64,000 nt of DNA, from positions 54,597-118,596 of the forward strand of contig FLMG01000971.1 of assembly GCA_900088475.1 (NCBI GenBank), read 5' to 3'. The DNA comes from Hyphochytrium catenoides (Eukaryota > Protista > Hyphochytriomycota). How positions within the stretch are numbered: the stretch's first letter is position 1; each line of letters opens with the position of its first letter. The notes below the pieces were generated by a model. The model did not search any database. It saw nothing but the letters and a program-made list of their open reading frames with translations, and was not told the DNA's origin. Positions 62,935 through 64,000 of this stretch are shown piece by piece. A program made the position numbers and the translations under genes.

Positions 62935-63330
62935 CTCTTGTCTCTCTCTCTCTCTCTCTCTCTCCCTCTCTCTCTCTGTCTCTCTCCCTCTCTCCTGTAC
63001 TCTCTCTCTCTCTCTCCCCCTCTCCTGTACTCTCCCTCTTCCTGTCTCTCTCTCTAGTTTCTCTCTCGTTCTCTCTCTCTCTCCATTTTCTCTCTCTCCC
63101 TCTCTCTTTCTCTCACTCTCTCTCTCTCCATTTCCTCTCTCTCTTTCTCTCTCTCTCTCCCTCTCCATTTTCTGCCTTGTTCCATCTCTTTCTACTCTTC
63201 TCTGTCTCCGCTCTGGACTTCCCAGTCCCTGTGTTTCTCTACCTTTCTCTCTTTATCTGTCTCTCTGTCTCTCTGCCTATCTGTCTCTCTGTGCCTCGGT
63301 CTTTGTCTGTCTCTACTTCTCTGTCTGTCA
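62935..63330. repeat. Long (CT)n-rich polypyrimidine microsatellite (about 400 bp)
   Basis: Interrupted CT runs with repeated sub-motifs such as CTCTCCTGTACTCTC and CTCTCCATTT. Confidence 0.95.
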
Positions 63331-64000
63331 AAGTGACTGAAGACAAGGAGATCTCTCACCATGTGTATGTAACCCAGACGTCAGAGGCGGCTAACATTTA
63401 GGTGAATGCCTTGAGTACAATAACCACAAGACCACGTTATCACTGTAATAATTGTTGGGAAAGAGGGAACTGACATGTTCAGTACTCCCCCTAGAGGAAG
63501 CTGGCCGGCGAAACCTCAGATCGAACAACGTCATGATGTGTGTCCGATAATGAAAGAACCAGGAATCTCCATCATCCCATCATTTCATTCATCACAGGAG
63601 CGCTGCTCCTCAGACCAAGCCAGGGACCTCATCAGCTCAACACCTGGAAGGCTGCAGGCTGAGTCCTAACCCCTTCGAGCCTTCTTCCTGGGCGGGCGGT
63701 GCCGGACTTTGCTTCATCATCTTGTGTCAGGGCTCTTCTGGGACAATATTTATTGAGTCACTGTGGAAACTTTTACGAGCAATCTGACCTAAGAGAAGAA
63801 ACTCACTGCTATATTGGAAGCCCCGGTGATTGCGATAGAACCCGGCAAGGCAAAAAGAAAGAGGAAGCGTTCAGACAAAAGAAAAGCTGGACCGATAGAG
63901 AAGAGACGTCCCACAAGGGTGGGACTAGGAGAAGCAGCTAGGCAGAACTCTATCAAGCTAGGTTTTGGAGGGCGATGGCGAGGGGAACAGAGAGAGATCT

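Noticed and set aside
62904-63401. ORFs rich in LSLS or ERER (also 8337-8684, 33313-33782, 53192-53513)
   Set aside because: These are translations of GA/CT microsatellites.

Overview
Eukaryotic nuclear DNA from a gene-dense, intron-rich flagellated protist. It is probably a stramenopile, inferred only from protein motifs. Genes were assembled by hand from GT-AG exons. Recognisable products are: the 3' end of an AN1 zinc-finger protein, an M16 (HTLEH) metallopeptidase with a C-terminal membrane anchor, SDHAF4, omega-amidase NIT2, a 20-motif PPR protein, CFAP57/WDR65, a CREST/TMEM8-like membrane protein, VPS54, a CBM20 protein, a Bub2/Cdc16 TBC GAP and ISCA2. There are also a class I glutamine-amidotransferase-like protein and two hypothetical proteins. 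Intergenic DNA holds decayed coding relics, including an Ulp1/C48 protease pseudogene, and long GA/CT tracts. The top finding is that the NIT2 reading frame is best restored by a 155-nt AT-AC intron (21668-21822, minus strand). It has a perfect U12 branch site (TCCTTAAC) but a variant donor (ATATCCAAC), implying a minor spliceosome. Other findings are a recently amplified 72-aa double-PPR array that varies at its RNA-code residues, a perfect 19-bp hairpin, and apparent pseudoenzymes.
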